64,000 nucleotides of DNA from Nitrososphaerota archaeon. GTDB lineage: Archaea; Thermoproteota; Nitrososphaeria; Nitrososphaerales; Nitrosopumilaceae. The position numbers and the translations under genes are program-made. The notes below the pieces were generated by a model, which saw only the letters and a list, made by a program, of their open reading frames with translations, searched no databases and was not told where the DNA came from. The stretch is taken from assembly GCA_028867595.1 (NCBI GenBank), contig JAGWGB010000001.1:73630-137629 (forward strand), written 5' to 3'. Numbering within the stretch: position 1 is the first letter of the stretch; each line of letters starts with the position of its first letter. This document shows positions 30,285 through 40,158 of this stretch, one piece after another.

Positions 30285-32321
30285 TCATGGGGAGATTGTT
30301 CTCACTTCAATTGCTGCATCGTCCCACAAATCACCACCTCCACTTGCGATCCAGTTGCAGGTGTATGCAGTAGGTGATGATACCACAGATGTGCTTGATG
30401 CGCCCGTGATTGCATTTGGCATATTGACATTCCACTCTTGTGTGCAACTTGGAGAACCAAGTGTTACACCGCCATAGATTGACGGCAAGTCAAGTACCCA
30501 ATCGTTTGGATATTTTGTCGTGATCGATATAGCGGGACTGCTAGCTGAAGTGTTGTGTTTTACAACATGAGCAGGTATAGGTTGTGTTTGGTTCACTCCA
30601 GAGAAGGCATATGCACCAATTACGGCCGATGTAGAACCTGACATTGTAACCACTACATTTCCTGTCCCAGTTGGATTCTTTAGGTACCAGAACTCTGCAT
30701 CGTTGTTGTTAAACGACGAAACCGCCTTTGTTAGTGATATTCCACCAAATGTGACAGATGCTACATTGCTATTGTCTGCACTAACACCAACCACGAGTAA
30801 GCGGTCGATACTTGTACCTACGTTAAAGTTGGACAAAGAGATTTTGTATGGCGAACCAGATATGGTGCCCGATGTTGACTGGACATTGTTTAGTACAATG
30901 CTGCTTGATGTGCTACCACCACTGCTGTTAGTTGTAGCAGATGCCGTATTTGATGGAGAGCTTGTTCCTACTGAATTTATTGCAGATACTTGATAAGTGT
31001 AAGTTGTACTAGATGACAGTCCAGTATCAGAGTATATGGTACCGGTAGTACCTGTGTTTGGTACAATGGTACTCCATGTAGAACCTCCATTAGTTGAGCG
31101 TTGAATCTCATATCCTGTTATTGCAGACCCGCCATTGTTGGATGGTGCAGTCCAGCTCAAGTTTATCTGAGATGATGATGCCGCGGTAGCTGAAAGTCCT
31201 GTTGGTGTACTTGGAACTGCGGTAGATGCTACAGGTATTGCACTTGCTTCGTTTGAATTCGATGATACACCAATGGCATTTACTGCCTTGACAGTATAGT
31301 AGTATGCTTGGCCATTTATCAGACCTGTATCAGTGTATGTAGTTGTCGTGACACCAGTGGCAATTGGAGTTGTATTTTCTCCGCCAGATGTGGTACCTCG
31401 ATATACATTGTATCCTGTGATTGCGGAACCACCGTTGGATGATGGTACAGTCCACGATAATGATATCTGTGCATTACCTGCAGCAGCTGTCAAACCAGTT
31501 GGTGCACTAGGAGATGTAGATGTTGTAGAACCAGTATCAAGGTCTGCCACCTCGGTTGAAAAGTATGAAGGTAGTACATCATATGGGTTTGAGCCGCCTG
31601 CATTTGTAATATACAGATATTCTACGTCGTTTGATGCACTAGAAAGGTAGCTTGAGCTTGGCATCGAACTTACGCTGTATGATATAAATGAAAAGTCAGA
31701 CTTGGCGTATATTCCGTTGAAGACTGAAGATAACAATAATGATAACGATGGCAGACCTGTGCTTTCATAGATTACGATGTTATCTACTGTACCCACATAG
31801 CTTGTCAGTGTAGTTGTTCCTGGGTTTCCCACAGTCATAGTCATGCCAAGGGACTTGACATAACTTGAGAGATTACTATAGTAGCTCTCGCCCCCTGGTA
31901 CATTGTTCATCTCGTCAAAAAATATGCCGTTGACATGGTACCAATTGTACCAATTGCTTGCCTCTGTCTCTACTTGCGAAACCGCACGGGAACCATATGC
32001 AGTATCATCGTAACCAAGTACTGTAATGCCAGCTGCTTTTAGATTATTAATTCCCTGAAGAAAGTTGGAATCAATAGAGGTTCCTGCACCACTACCACTG
32101 ACATCTGCTATTACGATCATTGGAACATTAGGATGAGCATTCTTTACATTGATTACAGTAGTCCATGAACTGTCAGTAGGATAAGTGTACAATGGTATCA
32201 TTATTCCCGTTTGAGATGATGACGATGCAAATGCAGCATGTGGCATTGCAACAAGCATTGGGGATGAGATTACTAGTAGTGCAATGAGCCCTGCAATTAT
32301 TCTATTCAATTGTTCTTTCAT
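30285..32321 (-). CDS. secreted Spherulin-4/GH135 hydrolase + 2x FN3 + domain Y
   Basis: Signal peptide; 'IPLYTYP', 'LGYDDT', 'GIFFDEM', 'VGNPG', 'VIYE'; two FN3 repeats; start placed at ATG 32321 (MKEQL). Confidence 0.85.
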   Translation of the reverse strand: MKEQLNRIIAGLIALLVISSPMLVAMPHAAFASSSSQTGIMIPLYTYPTDSSWTTVINVKNAHPNVPMIVIADVSGSGAGTSIDSNFLQGINNLKAAGITVLGYDDTAYGSRAVSQVETEASNWYNWYHVNGIFFDEMNNVPGGESYYSNLSSYVKSLGMTMTVGNPGTTTLTSYVGTVDNIVIYESTGLPSLSLLLSSVFNGIYAKSDFSFISYSVSSMPSSSYLSSASNDVEYLYITNAGGSNPYDVLPSYFSTEVADLDTGSTTSTSPSAPTGLTAAAGNAQISLSWTVPSSNGGSAITGYNVYRGTTSGGENTTPIATGVTTTTYTDTGLINGQAYYYTVKAVNAIGVSSNSNEASAIPVASTAVPSTPTGLSATAASSSQINLSWTAPSNNGGSAITGYEIQRSTNGGSTWSTIVPNTGTTGTIYSDTGLSSSTTYTYQVSAINSVGTSSPSNTASATTNSSGGSTSSSIVLNNVQSTSGTISGSPYKISLSNFNVGTSIDRLLVVGVSADNSNVASVTFGGISLTKAVSSFNNNDAEFWYLKNPTGTGNVVVTMSGSTSAVIGAYAFSGVNQTQPIPAHVVKHNTSASSPAISITTKYPNDWVLDLPSIYGGVTLGSPSCTQEWNVNMPNAITGASSTSVVSSPTAYTCNWIASGGGDLWDDAAIEVRTISP
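30400..31532. repeat. DNA-level duplications of domain Y and FN3 modules shared with ORF 50322-53714
   Basis: About 30400-31030 matches about 51955-52580, and about 30935-31532 matches about 51245-51843, with long identical runs (e.g. GGTACCGGTAGTACCTGTGTTTGGTACAATGGTACTCCATGTAGAACCTCCATTAGTTGAGCGTTGAATC). Confidence 0.9.
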
Positions 32322-32328
32322 TTTCTTA

Positions 32329-32343
32329 TAGAACAATATTCTA
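32329..32343. promoter_or_regulatory. palindrome TAGAAC-AAT-ATTCTA
   Basis: 8 bp upstream of the ATG at 32321, between the start and a minus-strand TTTATTTA TATA-like box (32347-32354). Confidence 0.6.
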
Positions 32344-32591
32344 GGGTAAATAAAATGCAGAGCTTGTCAAAAAAAAGACAGACAGAAATTACTACAATTT
32401 AAAAATTCAAATGATTCATCAATTAAAATCTGAAAAAATATAGTAAATCCAATTAGGAAAAGTAGCGTGGTTAAAACTATTGCTACACAGAAACAGGTAA
32501 ACAAATTTCATATTTGCCATGAAATGAAAAGACATTACATAATGCAACTACATTATTTTGTCAAATACTTGCAGTACAAACATATGAAATT

Positions 32592-32606
32592 TAGAACAAT
32601 GTTCTA
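32592..32606. promoter_or_regulatory. perfect palindrome TAGAAC-AAT-GTTCTA
   Basis: 18 bp upstream of the first ATG of ORF 32625. Confidence 0.65.
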
Positions 32607-32624
32607 GAGATTTCCTTCCAAAAT

Positions 32625-35249
32625 ATGATAAACAATAAAAATGATTCAGGCATGATGCAAAAAAAGTATCTTACATTTTTGGTTTTAGGTGTTTTATTTC
32701 TTACAATGTCTCCTTTGATTCTAGATTTGTTTGCAAGTGCTCAACTCATGCCATCTTTTGCAGACGCATCCAGTGGATCGATGAATTCAAAATGGTGTAT
32801 CCTCGGGTTGTGCTTACCAAAATTTCCAACTACATCTGCAAATACTGCTAGTGCCAATACAAAGTTGTGCATTTTATGGTGGTGCATACAAAGGCCATCC
32901 CCCGCAATTGCTACAAACACCCCTGCAAATACTGCTACAAATACGCCAACCGTGAATACGGCGGATGTCAATATGCCGTGCTTGATAAAATGCAAATTGT
33001 TTGTTATAACTCAACTAGCAACTGGAGATTCCATTCCCGGGATGTTTGTTTCCTTGATACAGAATGGCCAAGTGGTAGCAACAGGTTCTACACCAATAGC
33101 TTTTACCGTGAATAATTCGACGCAGTACAGCGTTGAAGTTGACAATTATGCAAACTATGCGTTTGATCACTGGAAAGATAAAAACATGGCATCAAATCCT
33201 CTACCTATATCCATATCACGCAACACCCAAGTTATTGCAGTTTATAATGACAATGACGTAATACTCTCACCATCAAAAGGATCCGCGGGTTCCAAGATAT
33301 CATTTTCAGGTACGACATTCTCACCTAACAGTACGATTACCATGACATGGGATGGCAATGTCCTTACCACAAATCCAAGTAACATTACTGCAAGTTCCAC
33401 AGGAGATTTCATAATTTCATTTCAAGTACCTGCTACCGCATCATATGGGCCACACATGGTTCAGGCAACAGACGGTGTAGGTAACACACATGCTGCGCAA
33501 TTTAATGTAAGTCCAAACTCTAGCATTACACTTAGTACAAATTCTGCCAATGTCGGTACTGGAATAAGAATTACAGGTAACAATTTTGAACCAAACTCAC
33601 AGATAACCATATCATATGACGGCAAAGCTATCGGGGAAGGGTTACAAGACTTTCAAGATCTTGGCACCACCATTCCATGGTATGTCGATACTGACTCTAA
33701 TGGAACCTTTAATGCAATAATTTCGGTTATACGATCTGTTACAGGGATGCATACTGTCAGTGTACAAGATTCTAGTAATGATCAAAATTCACAAAGCATT
33801 ACTGTAAAGCCTCATGTCTTTATCTATCCAACCTCAGGTCATTCAGGGTCACAGGTGCTAATACCTCCAAGCCAAGGCAATGGATTTGCAGCAAATTCGA
33901 CTATTGCAATCAAGTTTAACGGCACTACAATTACGCCGTCATCTGCAATAACAACTGATGCTGAAGGCAACTTTGGCGGAACATTTAGTGTGCCAAAGGT
34001 ACCTACTGGGACATATCAGATTCAAATCTCAGATAGTCAAGGCAATACATTTTCCATACCATATACTGTTACACCTTCTACAGCTCCAACATATAACGTT
34101 CAGAGAGTTGTGACTGGACTCAATCTTCCAGATACATTTGCTTTTATTCCAGATAATGGTCCCAACGCAGAAGGTTCAGGTGCACTCATGATTACAGAAA
34201 AAAACACTGGAAATGTACTGGTATTCAACTATACAAAGGGAAAATTTGTGAGACAAGCAATACCGTTTGTGACAATTCCAAACCTTAAGGTGGGATACGA
34301 AGACAATGGCATTCTAGGAATTGCGTTTGATCCAAACTGGGTAAGCACAAAGCTTGTTTACTTTTACGTCACAAGAAACGTAACAGGAACAATATACGGT
34401 GAAGTCATAAGATATCACGCAACAACTGACTCGTCAGGAAATATTGTGTATGACAAGACCGTGGGCGAGCAGCTTGTGCTTGGTAACATTCCTGCAAACC
34501 ATGATGGTCACAATGCTGGCCACCTAAAGTTTGATTCTAAAGGGAATCTCTACATAGCTGCAGGCGATGGCTGGATGTGGATAGGACAAGATCTTACAAC
34601 ACTTGAGGGAAAGATACTTAGGATAACGCCACTCGACCAGCCGTCTAACGGACAACTGTACTCCATTCCAATTACCAATCCATTTGCATCAAGCCCCAAT
34701 GCAACCATCAAAAAAGAGATCTGGGCCTACGGAATCAGAAACCCATTTGCATTTGACATTGATTCAAAGACTGGAAAGTTCTATGCCTCTGATGTAGGAT
34801 ACTGGACATGGGAGAGGATTGACAATCTCACTGCATCTGGTACTAATGCAGGGTGGCCAAACTATGAGGGCCCAATGTACGGGAACCCAGAACATTTGGC
34901 AAACTACGTACCACAAATATACTGGTATCCACACCAAGGTACACAACCACTGACTGGCCCAATGTTGGGAAGATCAGCTCTCACAGCTGGAGTATTTTAT
35001 CATGGAACGTACTATCCAAATCTTGACGGCGCATACTTTTTTGGGGACTTTGCAGTAGGCAACATCGTAGCATTGTTACCATCAAGCCAAGCTGCACCAC
35101 AGATAGATCCTGCATCTGGCGAACTAAAGAGTCAAGTTGTACCAATTTACTATGGACTTGCCAATGCACCAATCAATATGCAAGTCTGGAATGGAAAATT
35201 GTATTTTCTCGATTTAACTGGAAACATGGATGTATTAAACTACAATTAG
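32625..35249 (+). CDS. secreted multidomain protein: IPT/TIG-like repeats + PQQ-dependent glucose/sorbosone dehydrogenase beta-propeller
   Basis: Signal peptide; three 'I.LSP..G..G..I.I.G..F..NS.I.I' Ig repeats; 'GILGIAFDP', 'H.AGHLKF..KG.LYI..GD', 'GKILRI', 'IWAYGIRNPF', 'NAGWP..EG'. Confidence 0.85.
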   Translation: MINNKNDSGMMQKKYLTFLVLGVLFLTMSPLILDLFASAQLMPSFADASSGSMNSKWCILGLCLPKFPTTSANTASANTKLCILWWCIQRPSPAIATNTPANTATNTPTVNTADVNMPCLIKCKLFVITQLATGDSIPGMFVSLIQNGQVVATGSTPIAFTVNNSTQYSVEVDNYANYAFDHWKDKNMASNPLPISISRNTQVIAVYNDNDVILSPSKGSAGSKISFSGTTFSPNSTITMTWDGNVLTTNPSNITASSTGDFIISFQVPATASYGPHMVQATDGVGNTHAAQFNVSPNSSITLSTNSANVGTGIRITGNNFEPNSQITISYDGKAIGEGLQDFQDLGTTIPWYVDTDSNGTFNAIISVIRSVTGMHTVSVQDSSNDQNSQSITVKPHVFIYPTSGHSGSQVLIPPSQGNGFAANSTIAIKFNGTTITPSSAITTDAEGNFGGTFSVPKVPTGTYQIQISDSQGNTFSIPYTVTPSTAPTYNVQRVVTGLNLPDTFAFIPDNGPNAEGSGALMITEKNTGNVLVFNYTKGKFVRQAIPFVTIPNLKVGYEDNGILGIAFDPNWVSTKLVYFYVTRNVTGTIYGEVIRYHATTDSSGNIVYDKTVGEQLVLGNIPANHDGHNAGHLKFDSKGNLYIAAGDGWMWIGQDLTTLEGKILRITPLDQPSNGQLYSIPITNPFASSPNATIKKEIWAYGIRNPFAFDIDSKTGKFYASDVGYWTWERIDNLTASGTNAGWPNYEGPMYGNPEHLANYVPQIYWYPHQGTQPLTGPMLGRSALTAGVFYHGTYYPNLDGAYFFGDFAVGNIVALLPSSQAAPQIDPASGELKSQVVPIYYGLANAPINMQVWNGKLYFLDLTGNMDVLNYN

Positions 35250-35332
35250 ATGACAACTAACTAATTTCCTTAAAGCTAAAGCCTTTTAGAGAATTCTCCG
35301 TTTGTTTGACATGAAACATTTTTCTTAGCAGA

Positions 35333-36301
35333 TCATTGCCCTGCCATAAGAAATAGATTATCACGGGATGCTGTGACTTTACGTTTTATTGATTTTGCCG
35401 GTACTCCCCCAACTATATCATCATTTGGAACATCAGACACAACACTTGCTCCGCTTGCAACAATTACATTACTTCCAATTTTTACATGATCTTTTATGGT
35501 TGCATTAAGACCAATCCAGGTAGAATCACCTATCTCTGCGCTGCCTCCAATGACTGAGCCTGCAGTAATTTCACAGTTTTTACCAACAATCACATTGTGA
35601 GAAATGTGTACAAGTGCATCAATCTTTGTGCCATCGCATATTATGGTGTCTGAGAGCGCACCATTGGCAATATGGCTATTAGAGCATATTTCAACGTCAT
35701 TTCCTATTACCACCTTACCTAATTGTGGAAATTTGTATAGTCTTTCCTCATCTCTTTCAAATGCAAATCCATCATTGCGCAGCATTACTCCGGAATGAAT
35801 AACACACCTTTCCCCAATGATGCAATTGCGGTCAAGTGTCACCTTGTCATAAATTACTGTACCGTTTCCAATTTTGCAATTCTCTCCAATTACTGTATAA
35901 TCACCAACATAACAATCGCTTCCAATCTTGGCTGTTTGAGACACCACAGCGTTAGGTGAAATACCTACAATCCGTTTTTTTTCAATTATTTTGTTTGCAA
36001 TCTTTACAAAAACATGCCGTGGCTTGTCAAGAAAAATAATTTGAGCCCCCTCTCGCGGCTTTACAATTCCCTGCAAATCACTCTTACATAGAATTATGCC
36101 CGCATTTGATTGCGAGATAAGCTTAATGGCCTTCTCACCAACATAATAGCAAAAAGATAGATCGTCGATACCAGCGCTTGTAATAGAAGAGACGCTTTTT
36201 ATTGTCTTTTCATCATTGCCTTCAATGCTATAGATAATATTCATATCAGATAGTATTGATTTGATGTGCCATCCCGAGTAGTTTATCCTATGTTTTTGCA
36301 A
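35333..36301 (-). CDS. LpxD-like hexapeptide-repeat acyltransferase
   Basis: LpxD N-terminal domain ('DDLSF', 'DKPRHVF'), left-handed beta-helix repeats, 'DGFAF...PQLGKVVIGNDVEI', 'TKIDALVHISHNV', 'GGVPAK'. Confidence 0.85.
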   Translation of the reverse strand: MQKHRINYSGWHIKSILSDMNIIYSIEGNDEKTIKSVSSITSAGIDDLSFCYYVGEKAIKLISQSNAGIILCKSDLQGIVKPREGAQIIFLDKPRHVFVKIANKIIEKKRIVGISPNAVVSQTAKIGSDCYVGDYTVIGENCKIGNGTVIYDKVTLDRNCIIGERCVIHSGVMLRNDGFAFERDEERLYKFPQLGKVVIGNDVEICSNSHIANGALSDTIICDGTKIDALVHISHNVIVGKNCEITAGSVIGGSAEIGDSTWIGLNATIKDHVKIGSNVIVASGASVVSDVPNDDIVGGVPAKSIKRKVTASRDNLFLMAGQ

Positions 36302-36460
36302 GTTGTGTTTTGAATATTCACATCAGAAAATATTAAGAGATGGCATCCTTATTATAGAATAATCGTTGCTAACAATGTTCCTCTATGTCTATATGATGAA
36401 TTTCGGAGTACAATACAGATGACTTTATCATCCTATGCAGTCGAGTTGTCAGATTTAAGA

Positions 36461-37498
36461 ATGCGCGCTGCAATGTTTTATGGTCCAAACAATTTGGTTG
36501 TAGAGGAGAAAAAAATGACATATGACAAAAATGATGTCGTGTTAAAAGTGGATGTTTGTGCTGTTTGTGGATACGATTCACGTGTTTATCGCAATGGTCA
36601 CAAAAAAGTCAAACCCCCACTTGTTCTGGGTCATGAGATATGCGGAACTATATTGACAGAAATTAATACAGATTATGGAGTCATAAGATCTGGTACCAGA
36701 GTTGCTGTATCTCCTGTAATACCATGCCTTTCTTGCAAATTATGTTTCAAACATCAGTACAATTTGTGTAACAATCTAAGAGAGATAGGATCTACAGTTG
36801 ACGGAGGATTTGCAGAATATGTAAAAATTCCACAGCAAATAATTAAGATAGGTGGATTAGTCGAGGTTCCTGATAATTTGAAAAGTGAAGAAGCTGCTTT
36901 GCTTGAGCCATTGGCGTGCTGCCTCAATGGATTTTCCCATCTAAAAAAAGTTGGGCCAGAAAGCACAGTCTTGATCATAGGCGATGGTCCAATAGGATTG
37001 CTTCATTTACAGATATCAAAGAAATTATACCATGCAAAAACTGCGGTTGTAGGTAAAATTCCTTCCAGAATACAGAGAGCAAAAGCAATTGGTGCCGATG
37101 AGGTATTCATGTTTGATGATGGAACGGCAAGACAAGTCATGAGTTTTACCGACGGTCATGGCGCAGACCTTGTCATAGTTGCTACCAGTAGCCCCGACGC
37201 ACTAGGTTTTGCTACAAAAGTGGCAGCCAAAAATTCTAACATCAACATATTTAGTGGATTTCCAAATGACAATAGATTCTCAATTGATCCTAACTGGCTA
37301 CATTACAATCAAGTTTCAATTACTGGGAGCTTTAGTTCAACACCAGAAATGCTGCAAAAGGCAGCAAGACTTGCATCTGACGGAAAGATAGACCTCTCAA
37401 AAATAATATCTCATAGATATTCATTAGATAATATCACACAGGCAATTTTAGATACATCAGAATTTCACGGATTGCGTGTCGTCATAGATAGGTTTTGA
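36461..37498 (+). CDS. zinc-dependent polyol/sugar dehydrogenase (MDR family)
   Basis: CGYD, GHE, structural Zn CxxCxxC...C, GDGPIG Rossmann motif; start ATG 36461 (MRAAMFYGP). Confidence 0.9.
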   Translation: MRAAMFYGPNNLVVEEKKMTYDKNDVVLKVDVCAVCGYDSRVYRNGHKKVKPPLVLGHEICGTILTEINTDYGVIRSGTRVAVSPVIPCLSCKLCFKHQYNLCNNLREIGSTVDGGFAEYVKIPQQIIKIGGLVEVPDNLKSEEAALLEPLACCLNGFSHLKKVGPESTVLIIGDGPIGLLHLQISKKLYHAKTAVVGKIPSRIQRAKAIGADEVFMFDDGTARQVMSFTDGHGADLVIVATSSPDALGFATKVAAKNSNINIFSGFPNDNRFSIDPNWLHYNQVSITGSFSSTPEMLQKAARLASDGKIDLSKIISHRYSLDNITQAILDTSEFHGLRVVIDRF

Positions 37499-38316
37499 GG
37501 AGAACGAATTTGGCAAGATTCTTTGATCCGCATATCCACATGTACTCACGAACAACCGACGATTATGTGGCAATGGCAAAAGCAGGAATAGAGGTTGTAG
37601 TACAACCTTCATTCTGGCTTGGCAGCCCGAGAACGCAGGTTGGAACTTTTGAGGATTATTGGGAACATATGATAACATTTGAAACAAAGAGAGCAAAAGA
37701 TTTTGGAATAGAACATTTTGTATGTATCTCTGTCAATCCAAAGGAAGCTACTATTAGACCTCTTGCTACTGACGCCATAGAACCCATGAAGCAAAAATAT
37801 CTGGATAGGCCAAATGTTGTTGCAATTGGCGAGCTTGGTTACAATCTGATAAATGACTTGGAGGAAGAAGTTTTTCTAAAACAGATGGAGATAGCCGCAT
37901 CAAAGGACATGCTAATGATGGTTCATCTTCCCCATACCAACAAAGTGGAAGCAATGAGACGAATTGAAAAAATTTTGCAAAATCATCATTACAACCGAGA
38001 GAAGATACTCATTGATCATAACACAGAGGAGACTATCGAAAAAACTCTAAAACTTGGCCTCTGGGCAGGTCTCTCCGTATACCCTGTCACAAAACTCTCT
38101 CCTGAGAGAGCGACCAAAATTATTCAAAAACATGGTTCCGATCACATAATGATAAACAGTGCCGCAGACTGGGGAGTATCAAATCCACTTAGTGTACCAC
38201 TGACTGCACAAAAGATGAAAAGTGAAGGCGTAAGCTCAGAAGAAATAGAGAAGGCCACCTTGTACAATGCCTATGATTTCTACAAGCAGTCTCCAAGATT
38301 CACTTGGAAGCCTTGA
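37495..38316 (+). CDS. TatD-family hydrolase (EboB-like)
   Basis: 'DPHIH...RTTDDY..MA.AG', 'QPSFWLG.PR', 'AIGELG', 'DHN.EET', 'SAADWGVS.PL'. Confidence 0.88.
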   Translation: MRRTNLARFFDPHIHMYSRTTDDYVAMAKAGIEVVVQPSFWLGSPRTQVGTFEDYWEHMITFETKRAKDFGIEHFVCISVNPKEATIRPLATDAIEPMKQKYLDRPNVVAIGELGYNLINDLEEEVFLKQMEIAASKDMLMMVHLPHTNKVEAMRRIEKILQNHHYNREKILIDHNTEETIEKTLKLGLWAGLSVYPVTKLSPERATKIIQKHGSDHIMINSAADWGVSNPLSVPLTAQKMKSEGVSSEEIEKATLYNAYDFYKQSPRFTWKP

Positions 38317-38337
38317 ATTGCGTCTCAGGGTTTTGAA

Positions 38338-39171
38338 ATGAAGCTTGCTTTTAGTACCAACGCGTTCAAGGCGTATTCTCTTGAAGACTCGATAAAGGAG
38401 ATAGCAGCAATTGGATACAAAGGAGTAGAGTTACTGTGTGATGTACCTCATGCTTATCCACCACATCTTGATGACAAAAAAATACAATCCATAAAAAATC
38501 TAATAACAGATTGCAATATTCAGATATCAAATCTAAATGCATTTACTCTGTATGCCATTGATGATGTGTTCCATCCTTCTTGGATAGAAGAAAATGAAAA
38601 GTCAAGAGAATCAAGGATACAACATACCATAGATTGTATTCAGATGGCAAAAGAATTAGGGGCAAAGAACATATCCACAGAACCTGGTGGGCCGCTAGAT
38701 GGCGTAGACAGGAACAAAATTGCACATCTTGAAAAAACATTTGTCAACGGTTTATTGAAAGCATCAAAGATTGCTGAAAAAGAAGACGTAAAGATTCTTG
38801 TCGAGCCAGAGCCTTTTTTGCTGATAGAAAACTCGTCGCAATTTAAAAGCATGATGAAAAAAGTAAATTCTGAATATGTAAAACTTAATTTTGATATAGG
38901 TCACTTTTTTTGTGTAGACGAGGATCCTGCTCAACTGGTACATGAATTAGTAGATTACACTGAACACTTTCACCTAGCAGACATTAATGAAAACCGAGTG
39001 CATAACCATCTCATACCAGGCCTTGGTGCGATAAATTTTGCCCGAGTCTTCAAGGCAATAGACGATGTTGGCTACAAGGGATTTGTTACAGTGGAGCTTT
39101 ATCCGTATCAATCAAATCCCATAGAAGCGGCTCAAAAATCTTTTGACTATCTCAGAGACATTACCATATGA
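38338..39171 (+). CDS. sugar-phosphate isomerase/epimerase (xylose-isomerase-like TIM barrel)
   Basis: 'VEPEP', 'FDIGH', 'HFHLAD...HNHL.PG.G', 'VELY'. Confidence 0.88.
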   Translation: MKLAFSTNAFKAYSLEDSIKEIAAIGYKGVELLCDVPHAYPPHLDDKKIQSIKNLITDCNIQISNLNAFTLYAIDDVFHPSWIEENEKSRESRIQHTIDCIQMAKELGAKNISTEPGGPLDGVDRNKIAHLEKTFVNGLLKASKIAEKEDVKILVEPEPFLLIENSSQFKSMMKKVNSEYVKLNFDIGHFFCVDEDPAQLVHELVDYTEHFHLADINENRVHNHLIPGLGAINFARVFKAIDDVGYKGFVTVELYPYQSNPIEAAQKSFDYLRDITI

Positions 39172-39231
39172 AATTGTGTACTATTTCATTGCTGCTAATC
39201 CGTCCATACAATTTGTCGAGGCACTTTTTCT

Positions 39232-40116
39232 ATGCTTAGAAAATATTTGCAGTTGGCAAGACTGCCAAATGCATTCACTGCACCAACAAACATCATAGCT
39301 GGCTATTTCATACTAACACCGGTCACCAGTCTCAATTATCTTGACCTAGTAATGCTCATGATATCATCAGTGCTTTTCTATGTTTCAGGAGTCATATTCA
39401 ATGACTATTTCGACATAGAAATAGATAGAAAAGAGAGGCCGTCTAGACCTTTGCCATCAGGTGCAGTATCGAGGCAAAGTGCACTACGGATTGCTCTTGT
39501 GTTAATGGGTTTAGCCATGACGTTTGATTTTTTTGTTTCATGGCAAAGCTTTGCCGTAGCTGTTTTTCTTGCAGGTATGATACTTGCGTATGATTACAGG
39601 TTAAAGCGCAATAAAATTCTCAATCCAGTAACTATGGGCGGATCTAGATTTCTCAACGTAATTTTGGGAGCAAGTCCTGCAATTCAACTTCCGTTAGAAA
39701 CTAATTTCTGGCATCTCATCTTGATCGCCTGCTTTATCTTTGCATATGTTGCTGTCATTGCACTTTTTAGCAGCAAGGAATTAAGCGGAATAAAATCAAA
39801 ACGTCAAATAGCGTTGCTGTTTTCAATCGATTATGGCATTATTGCGTCCATAGGCACTGCAATCTTTCTTGGAATCCTCAAGCCATCAAGTTTCATAATA
39901 CTAGCATCTTTTGCTGTCATCATAAGCCTCATCTTTAGGCAAACTCTTTTGGGTAATGCAGTAACAGTTCAGAATACAATCAAGAATTTGGTAATCTCAA
40001 TAATAGTTCTTGATTGTGTGTTTGTAAGCGGTACTGCAGGATTTGCATATGGTTTACCCACGCTGTTGTTCTTGTTGCCATCAGTTATCTTGTCAAAAAA
40101 ATTCTATGTGACATAG
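39232..40116 (+). CDS. UbiA-family prenyltransferase (EboC-like)
   Basis: 'QLARLPNAFTA', 'NDYFD.EID..ERP.RPLPSG', 'AYD..LK', 'MG..RFLN', multiple TM helices. Confidence 0.9.
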   Translation: MLRKYLQLARLPNAFTAPTNIIAGYFILTPVTSLNYLDLVMLMISSVLFYVSGVIFNDYFDIEIDRKERPSRPLPSGAVSRQSALRIALVLMGLAMTFDFFVSWQSFAVAVFLAGMILAYDYRLKRNKILNPVTMGGSRFLNVILGASPAIQLPLETNFWHLILIACFIFAYVAVIALFSSKELSGIKSKRQIALLFSIDYGIIASIGTAIFLGILKPSSFIILASFAVIISLIFRQTLLGNAVTVQNTIKNLVISIIVLDCVFVSGTAGFAYGLPTLLFLLPSVILSKKFYVT

Positions 40117-40158
40117 GTTGAAATTGAGTAGAAGAACAATGTCAACACAAGGAGACTG

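Noticed and set aside
35333-36301. Lipid A biosynthesis
   Set aside because: Only an LpxD-like gene is present, with no lpxA/B/C/K, in an archaeal context
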